Source of the DNA: Anthoceros angustus
Taxonomy: Eukaryota > Plantae > Anthocerotophyta
Direction of reading: 5' to 3'
Assembly: GCA_010909165.1 (NCBI GenBank)
Contig: MU008152.1
Span: forward strand, 310,001 to 374,000
Length of the DNA: 64,000 bases
The notes below the pieces were generated by a model. The model was not told the DNA's origin. It worked only from the letters and a program-made list of their open reading frames with translations, and did no database searches. Within the stretch, counting starts at the first letter, position 1, and each line of letters begins with the position of its first letter. A program made the position numbers and the translations under genes. Of the stretch, positions 1 to 13,483 are shown piece by piece.

Positions 1-1105
1 TTGGACACCCAAACGTGCATGCACTTAGAACTTAGGAATGGTTAGCTGAATACTTGATAATTTTAGCTGACTACTCATCAAGCTTATCTCACAAGAATGC
101 TTAAAGTTATTGATTGAAATTTTTTCGTACCATCTCATTGCCGTTTTCATGGAGTTTATATACTTCTTAGTATTATTAGTAGATTTAATAAGCTATATAA
201 AATAGTGCCACATCCCTCTTCCCAACCCCACCTCCGACGGACAACAATGAAATACCTCATAAAAACGAAAGTTTCCCAAATCATGTTTTTTTGGACTCAA
301 ATATTCTTCAGAGATCACATGAGATACTTCTCTAACGATCGGTTTTTTGAATCTTCCCACTTGGCTTTCATTCTTCTTCTTATCTTCTATCCAAGGAGTG
401 ACATGCAGACATGAGTTCATCGGAACTGCACAGTTAAGCGTCAGTGCTTGGATAGGGTGCCACCGATCCCCAGCTTCATGGCCCTACAAGGCCACCCATT
501 ATAAACATCATGCCCTCGTTTTTACAATATGCGAAGCCGAGCGTTGTTGGTGCCATACGAGAGGCCCCGCTAGATGTAAGTGCCCTACGAGGTTTCTCCA
601 TACCAAAATCACAGTGTGGGACTTCAATGCATACTTTGAAATATCAAAAACGTTACATTTCTTCCAGAACCTGAGAAGCTAGGTGCGAGGATAACCACGG
701 ATAGGAGATTGATACAATGTACCCGGCTATATGCGTGGGTACGGGCTCCTCCTAGGTTGCCGCGTGGCACTGGAGACCTTGGGCTGATAGGTGGATCCCA
801 CCGAGCCAAGGGTTGGTGTAGTGGTACCTCGATGTAGCACTTGCATTTAGAACCTTCGAGGGCGCCGCATGGCATTGGCACCTTGGGCCATGCCGGTGGC
901 CTCATCGAGCTAGGGTCTGGTACAATGGTATGCCGGTATACCACTCACATCCAAAGCCTCAAAGGGCACTAGCACCCTAGGGTGTGTGGGTGCATCCAAC
1001 CAATCCAAGGGCAGTACCATCCGGTACCCCGGTGTCACACCTATATTCGAAGGGCCACTATTACCATTTCCATTACCATTAAACTGGACTGCACATACTT
1101 CCAAG

Positions 1106-1516
1106 CAGGGTGTCATTTTGACCGAGTACTATCTCAGCCCCCGGGACCGCCTAGTCTAGCTACGCTCAGTCCCGGACCGAGGAGGGACCGTGCCTTTTTG
1201 CGACCCTTGGTCACTAAATATAATAAATATTAAATAAATAATAATATAAAAGATCAGAGATGCGGAGTCCCAGATCACAGCCAGATCGCAGACTGCGTCC
1301 ATGATAAGATGGGTCCATCTGTCCATAATAAATATAAATTCTTGGATATAAAATTAAGTAATTTATTAATTTTAAACCGGACCTTTTAAGAACCCTCGGT
1401 CCCCAAGGGTAATAGGGGACCGAGAGTGAGGACCGGACTCCTGAAGAACCTCCGGTCCCATGTTTTTTTTAACGGGATCGGGATCGAGCTTGGGACGGGG
1501 TCAAAATGACACCCTG
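1106..1516. mobile_element. Non-autonomous hAT-type MITE, 411 bp
   Basis: Perfect 18-bp TIRs CAGGGTGTCATTTTGACC (1106-1123) and GGTCAAAATGACACCCTG (1499-1516). Exact 8-bp TSD CTTCCAAG at 1098-1105 and 1517-1524. An 8-bp TSD with CAGGG termini is characteristic of hAT. No coding capacity. Confidence 0.9.
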
Positions 1517-1789
1517 CTTCCAAGGGGGAAGACCCTGATGGCGAGATCCTTTCGAGAAAGTGAGCCCTACAAGAGAAAAAAAATGGCACCCATACATAGC
1601 TACAACATGCTTCCTAAGAGCGGGCCCTCCAAAAAGAGAAAAAGGTGCATAACTGCCTATCTCCAGCTATGGTTGCTAGGGTGAGGCAGTTTCTCCCGGG
1701 CTATGGTTGTTAGGGCGAGGTAGTACCTCAAGCTTGCAAGGTCACCGTCTCGCCTTACAATCCGGCTCTCGGCTAAGTTCACCGGGTCC

Positions 1790-1985
1790 TCCCTTATAAT
1801 CCAACTCCGCTCAGGCTTGCAACGCTGCTAGTCCTACCCTAATCCAACTCTGCTTGGGCTTGCAAGGCCACTAGTCCTGCCCTAATCTAGCTCCGCTCGG
1901 GTTGGCAAGGCTGTTGAACATGCCCTTATCCAATTCCATACAGGCTTGCCAGGCTGCTGGTCCTGCGCTAATCTAACTCCAGCAT
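1790..1985. repeat. Degenerate 43-bp minisatellite, about 4.5 copies
   Basis: The AATCCAACTCC-like core recurs at 1798, 1841, 1884, 1927 and 1970, a constant 43-bp period. Confidence 0.8.
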
Positions 1986-4900
1986 CTGGCTTCTGCTCAA
2001 CATCCCACAGCAAGGCATCCGGCATCGGCTTCTCCTCGACATCGAGCATTTGAGTTCTGCTCCACATCATGCATCCAGTAGCCGGCACCAGCATTCGGAT
2101 TCTGCGGGTACATCCTACAGCTATGGCTCTCATAGAAGCCAACCCATGGCAGAAAGGTGCTTGTGGATCAACCCAACTGCGGCCATGGACTTCGGTGGTA
2201 ACCACAATTGCTTTGGCTTCCAGGGTTTAAGACGAAGTTGCTTGTCAATTGTCTCTAGGGTTTAGCCTACTCCTAGTGAAGGCTCGGAGGGTGAAGTCAC
2301 GGAGGGTGAAGGCATGGAGGATAAAGACAGTGGGTAGGCTACCGATGAGTTTGTAGCAAAAGTTGTTGAGAAATTCAATATAGAGGAAATTGAACTTGTC
2401 CCATCTGGGAATTGTTTCATGCTAGCAAGTATTTCACAAGACTTTAGACATCGCCGCACCACTCCGCTTGGATTAACCATAGAACAAAAGACCTACTCAA
2501 ATTGAGTAGTTTATTGGAGAACCCGCTCCGTAGTTTCGATGGAGGCACCTTTTGTCAAGCGAGGCAAATGAGAGCTTGATGGAAAGAGCTTGGCATGGAG
2601 ATTTCTCAGCATATTTTTTTCGTAATTAAAAGCCGTTAATTTTGACCCTAAATAGGCTATAAAAAAATATCTTGTGAATTTTGGACAAAAAAAATGGCCA
2701 GAAGGCCCTGTCGTTCTGGGGTTAAATTTGCATGAAGAAGAAGAAGTTGAAATGCTTTTTAGTCCAATAAGGAAGGATGACCGATGACGAAATGATTCCA
2801 GAATGAGTACTTATGAGAGTGAATAAGAAGCCGAACCTATTGATAATAATATAGAAGATCCCTACAACACTATGGCGCACGGTTTTCGTCACCTCGCGAT
2901 GGGTGTGTGAACACTTTTTTTTTCCTTATATTACATGTATCTTTCCAAGAGCATCTTCCACATTCCTTGGTATTCTACCAGGCCACATCACCCCAGACAC
3001 AGCCATATGGGGCAGAAACAGTGCTAGTCACATAATGTCCGCCTTGTGCATCGATCTCGTCTATGTCACATGTTTTTGTTTTGCACTAACACCCATACAC
3101 GCAGAGTATGTTACAATGGTTTAGGTGGAGCCTAAATTGGCTGTGACATTGGTGCACCTTGATTTGCATGGCTTTCTAGGCTTTGAGGAGGCTTGAGGCA
3201 GCCTTCTAGGCTTTGAGCGGGCTTGAGGCTACCCTATGGGCATGGAGAGAGGTGGCAAGCCTGCTCGCAACCTACGAACATGACCACACCTTTGCACATC
3301 ACGCAACTCCAAAGCCTAACTCTAAAAAGTGTATCACTAAAACATTCTTATATCACTTGGTGACCGTAAAGGTACACGGGCCAAAGGTCCCTATGGCTGA
3401 TGTCGTCCGGGTTGTGTTTAGGTATGCTTTTCCGCCATAAGGTGAGAAAACTTCTTTCCACAACCCTGAAAAAAAATGGGGAGATGAGATTGGGATGCCT
3501 TACGCGACATAAGTGTTTCAGTAGGTACCTATTCTTGTGCAATCCGGTATTTAACAATGCTTCGAGACATTACTCAGATTTCCTTAGAAATCTGCTGTTC
3601 TTCACGTCACCGTTCCGGAATCGATGTACTTGATTCTGGTGATACATATGTACATATTTACATGAACTGAAGATACATTAGCATATATTCGCGAAAACAA
3701 AAAGATACATAAGCGTACATATACGCAAACAGCTTAGCTGCCCAGAGACTGGCGAGTGCTGCCTTTCCACGATCGTGCCTCGTGGCCTAGGCGTTCACTG
3801 TTTTTTTATCTTCCTCGAGGCTAGCCCGGTGTTGTTTCGTCCATCCCGGCCTATCAAGTATTTCATGTGACAGCGCCTGTCTCACGATGGATAGACGTAG
3901 CAGGTGGCTCACGTTTTGTGGTTACACTGTCATTCCCACAGCTCATAGCCTGTAGTTAGGGCAACGAAGAAAGACAGATTTCTCGTGAGATAACAGGCAT
4001 TTCGCACTGGAGTTTGCAGATATCCCTGCCTTAACGTGGGGTAAGGTAGCAGCTAATCTCAAGGTCGCTAACGGAGGATGACCAGTTCCCACTAGCTTCT
4101 CATGAACCATTCTCTTTGACTTGTATTGCAAGCCCAAGCGTGTACATAGCAGGGAAAGAGATTTCCATCTCATGGCAGCTAGCTTGCCTTGGGAAAGAAA
4201 AGCTAACCTGTGAACAGGTGGTGGAAGCGGTGAAGGATCTGAAGAGAGTAGAAAAGAAATGGCCTGATCATGAAGAGCTAGGTTAGTGGAGACTTCTAGG
4301 TTTGGATTGCTCAAGAGCTCGATCAGGAGGGACTTGGACTGATGAAGAGCTGGCCTGGTTTGGAGACTGTGCTTACCCTACCAAGGGCTGTGAGCTGATC
4401 ATCACTGTAGTAGCGCATCCAGGCATCACCCATGTGTTTGCACATGCGGTCACCGGGAAAATTGTTTCACAGTCATGATGCTGGAGCCAGGTTACCAGAT
4501 GCCAGACAAGGCGATGGGCAAATTCAAGGCTGTCATACTCAGCTGATGGAGGGTGCTCAAGCAGAAAAGCAATGACTGGAAATGAAACATGCCAACCATC
4601 GTGCAGGACGCTTATGAAGTGTTTGAAAGCAAGTATCCTTCCGAGACAAGGGGAGACGACGGAATACTGCAACTGTGAACATCTTTACGTCGATTTGGAC
4701 ATGAAAATAGCACGCTACTATCTACAGAGACTGTGGTCAGGACACGGACTCCACAGGAGCCTCTTCCAGACGACTGTCCGACAAAAGAAGTACAACAAAA
4801 CAAAAGCTGGTGGGTTCCAAGAATGTATGTGGCGCTGAGAAGGACGATCTCTTCTGCATTGAAGAATAGCCTGCCTACTGTATCAAAGAGACCTTTATGA

Positions 4901-5058
4901 GTCTGGGTCACACTGCGGAGCGGAGGTAGATTGCAACGGGCTGGATACATATAGCGCATGAATACCCCTTCTATCGAGTTGGAAAAGGCCTTCGAAATCG
5001 TCCAAGAAGGATGAGTCACACGAGCTTATAGTACAACGTCACACAACAAGCCCACGGA

Positions 5059-6186
5059 TCAACTGGTAGACTTGAAGGGGATAGCACGGATGATGAACTG
5101 ATGGTAGGCGGCTGCCAAGGTTGCTCCAAGCAGTGGCCCAACCCAGAACACCCACTACAAGGACCCAAAAGTGTTCAATCAATCAATGGTCAAGTGCGTA
5201 AGCTCTGCCGAAGGGAACATGTAAAGAAGGAAGTGCTTACATGATCATGCCACGCCTGGGACTGGTTGTAGATCACTGCAGCTCCAAAGCTCCGAGCAGG
5301 GTTGATTCCGGTGCCAGTAATGGGAATGGTAGCCAAGTGCACCAGGAACACCGCGAAGCCAATGGGTAAGGGTGCCAGAATCTGGCAACATAACAGGGAC
5401 AGATTCAGCCAGATGTGGTGCAGAAATGGCAAACAGGAAGACTACGGAGAGCACCACAACATACCGGGACGTGAGAGTCTCGGGCATTCCTTTTGGCATC
5501 AGTTGCAGAAAAGACGGTGTAGACGAGGACAAATGTGCCCACAATTTCGGCTCCCAGTCCCGAGCCCTTGGTGTAGCCGTGAGCAACGGTGTTGGCTCCT
5601 CCTCCGTATAGGTTGTAGTAGGACTTTTGCCAGGCCTTCACCAAGCCAGTTCCAGCAATGGCTCCCAGGCTCTGAGCCACAATGTAGATCACTGCCCGGG
5701 GCACAGTCAGCTTCCTGGCCAGGAACAGGCCGAAAGTGACAGCAGGATTGATGTGCCCGCCTGCCAAGCCGAAGCAAGAAGCTCGCGTCAACAGCAGCAA
5801 AAGAAGCAACAAGCGTGATAAGGAAGACGGCAAAGGTTGGACAAGGTACCAGAAATTCCAGCAGTGGAGTAGACGAGGGCGAAGATTGTTCCACCGAAGG
5901 CCCAGGCAATCCCCTTGATTCCCACTCCAGAGCCGGCGTTGAGAGCCTCCTTGTGTTTGTGCCCGATCACCGTGTTGATGGTGATGTAGAGGAAGATGAG
6001 GGAAGCCACGAACTCGGCAATGGCAGCCCTCCACAGCCCCCAGGACACCAGCTCTCCCCCGTCGAAGAGCGGAGCAGGGGGAGGCTCCTTGTAATCCTTC
6101 TCGGTGAGGGCAGACCCGGTTCCCAGCGGCACCCGCTCGCTGAACTTGGTGGCTCCCAGCTGCACATCCTCCTCCTTGTCAGCCAT
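5059..6186 (-). CDS. PIP1: Plasma membrane intrinsic protein, PIP1 subfamily aquaporin, 289 aa, 4 exons (6186-5850, 5760-5465, 5381-5241, 5154-5059)
   Basis: PIP1-type N-terminus ([18 protein letters not shown]), two NPA boxes ([15 protein letters not shown]) and an F/H/T/R selectivity filter. GT-AG introns at the conserved PIP positions give the typical 296-bp exon 2 and 141-bp exon 3. The spliced frame is 870 nt with no internal stop. Confidence 0.97.
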
Positions 6187-8998
6187 GGCAACCGGAACCC
6201 ACTCTGTTTTTGCTTTTTCTCAGCAACCTGCAAGCACAACACACGCAAATCCACACAACGGGGAGGATGGAGGAGGAACGAGAATGACGAGAGCAGCGGG
6301 CCGAAGGCCAGAGATAAGGGAGGTGGAGCGGGGCGGGCTGACAGAAAGATGGAGAGAGGCTGTACGATGGTGGTGCAGAAGGCCGCTGGGCTGTGCACAT
6401 AAAAGGAGGAGCGGGGGGGAGACAGGCGGGCCACAGCATCACCGCCCACACGCGGGCCCGATGCTCCATAGCCGCACCCCTGCTCCGTCCTCGGGTTGCG
6501 TGACACAGCCAGCTGCTGCCTGCAACACCTCTCAGGTTCACAGGCTCTCGGATTGCTTGCCTGGTAATCCCACCATTAGAGATGAGATTTGGACAGAGCA
6601 GGACAAGATCGGTGGGCCCTGCTGTCTGTCGTGCACCCTGCAAGCGGGACGCTATGTGCGCGTCCGGGCCCGCGGCTCCTCCATCACCTCCTGCCCTGCA
6701 TCATCAATGTCTTCTGTACTTGGCCCCTTCCACTACATTAATGGACGAGAAACGCATCCACACGGGCAGCCAGATCCCTGCTAGGCCTGGAAGGCTGGAA
6801 GGCTTGAACCTGGGTCCTGCGTCCTGGGTCCTGGAACCGGAAGCTGGAGGCACGATGGTGGGTTCCAGCCCACACCCGCCCTCGCATGTTCCGGCAATCA
6901 GAGAACTGTCCCCGCCAGGTGCCAACCCGGGTGCGTGTGACAGTGCAACACTGGTGGTGGAATCTGCTCTTCGGATGTGGTTGTGGAAGGACATGGACGG
7001 TGTCAGGGCCCGCCCTCGCCAACGGTTATCTCATTGGTGAATCCCGAGGTCAGCAGACCAGCCAGCCAGCCTCCGTCAGGTGCGGCCCCCACAGCGGCGC
7101 ACAACCCAGGTGCATATGGATTTGCTGCCTCTCGCCTCTGCAACTCATCCTCTCACTTTGCTCGTCCATTTTTCTGCTACCCACTCTCGACTACATAGTC
7201 TAGATGACCCTAAATCGTATCCTACACAGCTGAGAGGCAGTGAGCGCATGGCTTTTGGCGGCCGAGAGTGTACATGCTGCCATGCACACTCTCAGCCCGC
7301 TCATAAGTGCCCCCGTTATGTACTTATGGTAGGTCACTGTAACGTGTTACATGCTGCTCGAGGATGCTTAGGTAGGCCATCTGCTTGGAATACAGGATTT
7401 CGATTGTGTTGCCACTTTTTATTTGATTAGACTAACGGCCTTGCGGTTGCTCTTCGATTCCATGCAGGTAGGCAAAGACTGCTCCGAAAGCGGGCAGAAT
7501 GGACAAAAAGTAGGCCTGATTCTGTTGGCGAGGATGACAAAAAACTATTGCTGTAAAATTGGACACAGCTGGACTCCGCCAGAAACTGGTTCATGCACGT
7601 ACACACGAATGTGGCGCCCTGTGATGAGAGAAAGCTTGTTGTACCAGTTCCTCATTGAACAGCTTTGGACGGACTGGGGTCTGCACTCTGCAACGTTCCA
7701 CACTATGTATGTTAACATCAAATTATTTTATTTGCGTGGGCACATACATCGAGCTCTCATGAAACGGTCTGGACAGCTTTTGTGTGTGGAGACAGTGCAT
7801 GCTTGCTCATACAGTACAGTAGTTCCCTGCCTCCAACCACAGCCTGCCAGCGTTGCAGCAGTGGCCCAAGGACGTGGCATCCTTGATGCCTTGATGCTTA
7901 TCCTGTTGTCGAGTCAGTATCCTCCCTCGTCTCTCATCAGGACTAGATTCTTGCGCGCAATTTCTCCCACGGTCTCATCAGTAAGATAGGTGCATCTTGT
8001 GTCCAGCATCTGCTGCCGCACATTCGGAAGCCCCCGACACCGATGACAAGATGATATAATGAATTTCATGACTTTGCATTTAGCGAATGACAGCAACGAC
8101 ATTGCGGACGAGAAAAAACGAGTCTGCGTGCTTGCCGATCTCCAACCATCCTCCCACTAATCTGACCTTGGACCTCCTGCCGTGCACGGCCAAATTGTCT
8201 ATATTTTCCTTATTGGAGCTCCTGCCGTTCACGGCCAAGTTGTCCATACTTTCCCCCCTTGGACCTCCTGCTGCCCAGGACCAACCTGTCTCGTAGTCAT
8301 GCTTGCGGAGAGGCATGGCATGGACATGGGTGAGCGTACATGCTGTGCTCTCGATTCATTTGCAGCATGTACGCACAGCCTTGTCCATGCACTCTACAAC
8401 GTTGGCCCAACAGGGCAAGACTGGCGATGAGGAAAGGAAGCATTTCCAAAACTCACATTACGAAAGTTTAAAAACTGAGGGTAATATGTATATGGATTTG
8501 ATTAACCCTCAGGACTGCGAAGGGTGTGGAATCCCTTACGACTGCTTGCAAGTTGTTGGACGAAGGATCCTAGTCTACTCGCTAGTATTTGCATTATTAT
8601 TTGGAGTATGAAGGACTCTTGCAGCTTGAAGTTCAAGCGGTGTGTCAGGGACTTGCAACCAGTTCTTACTGCATGATCTTTGAAGAGTCTGTCTGGTGCG
8701 CATCACTGTCCATTGTACAACGGCAAGCCGGGATGGCAAGCGTCCGGCTCTGACAAGTCACATGGGACCCGCTCGATGAACTGCTTCTGAAGGAGCTCAC
8801 TGGAAACCAGCAGGGGAGAAAGGGTGAGGCTTAGCATTCCTCTTGTCGTCTTGAAAGTTACTCCGGAGATTCGCAGCTGAAATTGCTTCTGATAGCTGCA
8901 GGGTTGAATAACCTACTTTGATCGTAGGGTTTGCATTTCCAAGGAAGACTGTCTCAAAGCAGCTCCAAGCGGGTGATGCCAGCGATCTAGGTCAGGAG

Positions 8999-10415
8999 AT
9001 GGAAGGAGACGATACGTCAATCTCACCTATGTCCGATGACGAAATGGATGATTTTGGTGGATTGGATGATTCTGGTGGTACGCCAGATGCAAGTACAAAC
9101 AAGTTTCCTGATCAGATTCTTGATGAAGCAATCAAAGAAAACAAGCTCATGGTTGCCATGAGTAGGAGACTCATGAATGGCGCACCAGTTGGAAGCGGAA
9201 AGAGGAAACGGAAACGTGGCAAGATGAATATGGCCAAGTAAGGTTTTATTCTCGTTCTCGTGGTCTTCTTCCTCAGTTCATTCATATACATTCAGATTCA
9301 TTTGGTGACCCGTTCTGCAGTGGCTTGGTAGGATCAAATGCTCTCTAGGCCTCCAAGTCTGTCTACGCTGTAGGGTTGGAAAACCCTAATCTCTTTCTCA
9401 GGCGAGATCAGGTGTTCTGTTAAGTCGCTCATTCCCAGTGCATCCTTCTTTATCTGATCAGGTTTGTGAAGGATACATGCTATCATCTGAAAGAAAAGAA
9501 GCCAGCACTTGTGAAGGCAGCAGTTGAGAAGCTTGGTTTCTCTTTCTTTCAAGAGCTTATCAAGGAGGTAAGATTCAATAACAACTCTAATGTTAAGAGG
9601 TCAAAAAGAATGGATGCTTGCCAGTTTAGGGTTACTTCTTTCCATCTTGGCCAGCGTTTCTCTGTCACAAAACATCCTTCATTAGTGGGCACGTTGAGAT
9701 CTGCAGGTTGATGCAATAGAGAGCTGTGGTGGTCAGTTCACAATTGATGGAACACGGCGGCGCACTCCAGGTGGTGTCCTTTGGAACATACTCAAGGCCC
9801 GAGTGAAACCAGATGTGTACAAGCATATTATGTCGGAGGGAAAAGCTGCAGAGGTAAACCTGCAGCCAGTAGAAATTTTCCGCCTTCAAGATCAAGTCCT
9901 GTGTTGTCTAGCTTAACTTTTGCGTCAGTTTTTCTGTGATGATTTGGGCTAACGTGTTTGAATTTGATGCTTTCCAGAAGCTGGCAAAACCAATCCCAAA
10001 GTGTCGGATTGCTGCAGCAAAACCAGATGCAAAACGACGGCTTGTTAAGGCATACATGCCTGTGGCTGCAAGAAATAAGGCAGAGGAGGGGGAGATAATT
10101 CCTGCCAGGCTTGACAGCATTTCAGTCTCACAGCATGCACAGAATGCTTGGATTGAAGGAATAAAATCAAGAGCTTTGGTGGACAAAATAGATTCTGTCA
10201 AGATACACAAGGGCTGTGGTGGTGAAAGCCATGAGTCCCCGAAGAAGGTGCCTGTATCAGAGAGACTTCGATTCCCTGTCCAGTATGATGATGTGCTGGA
10301 GGAATCCGGTGGTGGTGATTCCAGGAAAACTGAATGTGCCACATTGGTGCCAGAGGCGGATAGCAATCAGAAAATGGCCATGGATGAATCAGAACAGAAG
10401 TCTTGCAAGGTATAG
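8999..10415 (+). CDS. PHAX: PHAX (phosphorylated adaptor for RNA export) RNA-binding domain protein, about 309 aa, exons 8999-9237, 9462-9567, 9707-9853, 9978-10415
   Basis: The spliced product reads KFVKDTCYHLKEKKPALVKAAVEKLGFSFFQELIKE-VDAIESCGGQFTIDGTRRRTPGGVLWNILKAR, matching the PHAX RNA-binding domain signature (GG...DG.RRRTPGGV). GT-AG introns keep the frame. The start codon is uncertain and upstream exons are possible. Confidence 0.88.
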
Positions 10416-13099
10416 TGGTGTACACAGCCAGCCTTGGTGAAAGACATTCTTTGGATCGGGAAGGGACTGAGCGACGGCGAACATCAACCAAGACCAGTTT
10501 TCATGAGAAGGAGAAACCAGTTTTATGTCTCTGACCGGGCTTCTCCATTTTCTTTCTTCCATAAGGACCTGATAGCCATTACTCAGTGGCTTTCTAGCGG
10601 ACTTGCCAGTCCTGCCCCTCCCACCGTCCAGGGCTGCGTTCGTTCCAGTTCACTAACTTCGGATATTGGCTTGCCAGTCAGTTTGTTTACGACTATGACG
10701 AGCCTGAAGTTAACTTCGCTGTGTTGTCGTCCAACATGGGTTGCTTAGCTGCTACTCTTTGAGACATTCTTTGCTTCCTGTACAAGCTGTTCGAACTTCG
10801 ACCTCTCGCTGAACTGGTTGATGTCAGGGACCCAAAACGACGGCCTATCTCCTCCTGACACAGACCACCACCTACTGCATTCGATTGTGCAGGCCACTGT
10901 TTGCAGATTTTATCGTTCACTTGAGTCGTCTATTTGTCACTGTCCATCAACGGGCTGTTTGAAGTGAAAGTGAGTGTCTGTGTTCTTCGGTTGCGAAATT
11001 CTGGGGTGCTGGTAATCTGCTGGTCTCACGCTGTTAGCCGGTTATGGGTCAGGATGCGTTTGGTGAAGGCAGGGAGTGATAGGTATGGCCACGACCGTCT
11101 AGCAGCGTCAAACCGTCGATAGCAACAGTAGGCAACGTGCAATTTTCGGGCCATCTTGTCTGTAGCTGGAGGCACAGATAAAGATCAGTTCTGTTATCCT
11201 AAGTTTAGAACGAACTTTATGTCGCCATGCTTTGGTCGTGCAATATCCCTACAGTCATGGGATAGTTACGACGGAATGGTTCCCCTAAATCAACAGCTGT
11301 GCCCGCAAGGAATTGGGGGCAAGATCTTTTCTGCTGGATGGCTATTACGGACGGCCCCAGATGTAAACAGCTCCGAGCTAGATGGTGCTGGCAATGCACA
11401 TTCCCCGATGATGATCGTCTCGGTTCACCTAAAGGCAGGGCCCTCACTCTCTGGTGATGTCACACACAGTTTGTTGAAAAGACTCAAAATCTGATGATGT
11501 TACTGACCTTGTTGAAAAGACTGCATGCAGTTCTGGTCTTTGCTTGTAAAAGTCGAACGTGAATGTGTATAGCCTTGGCTAGACTTGACACTCTCTTGTT
11601 GATTTGTACGAAACTAGCTGAAAATCTGACCGTAGAGCATCTGATCATATGCCTGCTGTGTGTGTGCTCTGTCGCCCACTCTCGTTCTACACGGATCCCT
11701 GCTACTAGGGGGTCTGCCATCGTATCCCTGGTCACCTGACCCTGCATCCCTATCTTACCCTGGACGAGTTTCGTCCAACCCTTGATTATCGCAGCACGTT
11801 TCATCGACCAGCTGGTGGTCACGAGGCTCCCATTTCACTCTTGCACATAAGGCACCTAGGCTATGCCCAGTAAGTGCCTCCATTTCATTTTCGCATCAAT
11901 TTGTTCCTCTTTAAATTTTCTGTAGTGACTCTTCAGCTTTTTGTGGTGAAGCTTTATTCCTGGTTCGAATAGAGCGATGCTTTGAGAGGCTTTACCAGAG
12001 GTCTCGACTCTTAAAGCTTTTTTCTTGGGCTTAGCACCCCACCCCAGTAGTTATATGCTTTAAGAGACTTTAACATAGGTCCTCGACACTTAGAAGCTTC
12101 TTGCTTAGGGGAAGCACCCCATCCCAGTAGTTATCTTGCGCCCTAGGGGCCCTTATTTGCAAAGTTCCGAAGTACAACAACAACAACTTTATGTATGTCC
12201 ACTAAGGGGTGGAAGGAGAAGGATCATTATGGATAGAGATAGTGCAGCGTAAAAGAGGTCAAAAGCACTGGTGTACACATACATAGAAGAACTCTATGCT
12301 ATATGTCAAGTTGTAGCCTGGACGTGTTCCTCTTTAGTTGCACTCATCTCAAGATGCAACATGCAATCTACCTCTATTCGACAGTCTACTTCTCATCTAA
12401 CCCTGGGTTGCACTATGTACTCATGGATAGGCCAGCAACCTTTTAATTTACAATCTTAACTTGGTATTACCAATCTCAAAACGAGACTTTCAATATGATA
12501 TTTTCTTTATTTATAGTTTTAAATAAATTGTATTAAGGACTTAAAGAGACTATAATATTTTATTATAACCACCCATTGTCCATAGCTACTTGTCATGGGG
12601 GAATCTTGTGGATGTTATTCAACTCGAGTGGTTGCCGCTAAACGGATATCAAACAAGGTCACCACTCTCGTATTCTCACACCTCATTGATATGCACATGA
12701 CGCAACTTCACATGATCAATTTCTCACTCTCATCTCCTTTAATGGTGGTCCATGATGACTACAAACAGTTCTAGAGGGAAATGTGAATGTATGAGCTTAT
12801 ACATCGTGGAAAAGAAGACTTTATTATAGAAAAGAGATGCGAAAAACCCATCCACCCCAAAAATAAAGGGGGGAAAACCCTACGCAGGGCACCATGCCAG
12901 TGGGACTAGCCCCCACGATCACGCATTTCAAAACTACCAACCACCCGAAGAACTTCATGGTCAGGGATGTGAAAAAGCCTACTTACCACCGGTGTCGAAG
13001 AAGCTGCATCTCCCGCGCTCGCTGTCATTTTGTACACTGCGTTTGCCAATGCCCTATGCAGAGCGATGGAAACCAAATTCCAGAAGAAAGCAACAATAC

Positions 13100-13400
13100 A
13101 AGAATTCTTTGAGTCTCAATGGCAAGGGGGACGAAGGCATGGCCTTCCTGCATAGGAGAGTACTTGTGGACCTTAGCCATCACGCATCCCTCCGCCGCCC
13201 AACCTGGAGGGTTAAGAATAACATGCTCGCAGACATTGTCTAGGGTGGGATCGGTTACAACCACATCAGCAATCGAAACCTGATCCTCCCGGGTCAAAAA
13301 TGGATCAGCCCTAAGCAAAACCCCGTTGAGCAGGGTGTAAGGGCGCTCGCTAAATGGAAGGAACCCGCCTTCCCAAGCAATAGAGAACATGTACGGGCAG
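13100..13400 (-). mobile_element. Fragment of a non-LTR retrotransposon, C-terminal restriction-like endonuclease region (CRE/R2-type)
   Basis: The minus-strand translation IADVVVTDPT...AAEGCVMAKVHKY...GHAFVPLAIET resembles the D(V/I)TV.DP...AA...K..KY...F.PLA.ET pattern of RLE-type elements. No RT domain is visible. Confidence 0.55.
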
Positions 13401-13483
13401 ACGCAGTTGGCCCTCCTTCGGAGGGCCAGGAGGGACGCCTGAAGTCCCCAGAGCCCAAACTCGGGAAGCAAGGAAAAAGATGG

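Noticed and set aside
3943-5019. Minus-strand ORFs directly downstream of PIP1, with a possible GTAAGC donor near 4377
   Set aside because: No recognisable domain, and the first ORF starts 40 bp after the PIP1 stop, probably in its 3' UTR. No consistent spliced model could be built.
8933-9390. Telo-box-like TAGGGTTT and AAACCCTA motifs around PHAX exon 1
   Set aside because: Isolated 8-mers that are common in plant genomes. Not a telomeric array, and too weak to call as regulatory sites.
10690-11822. Possible small spliced gene on the minus strand (MADPLVAGIRVERE; FWVPDINQFSERSKFEQLVQEAK)
   Set aside because: Splice-like sites exist, but no continuous frame or known family was recognised. 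RNA-seq is needed.
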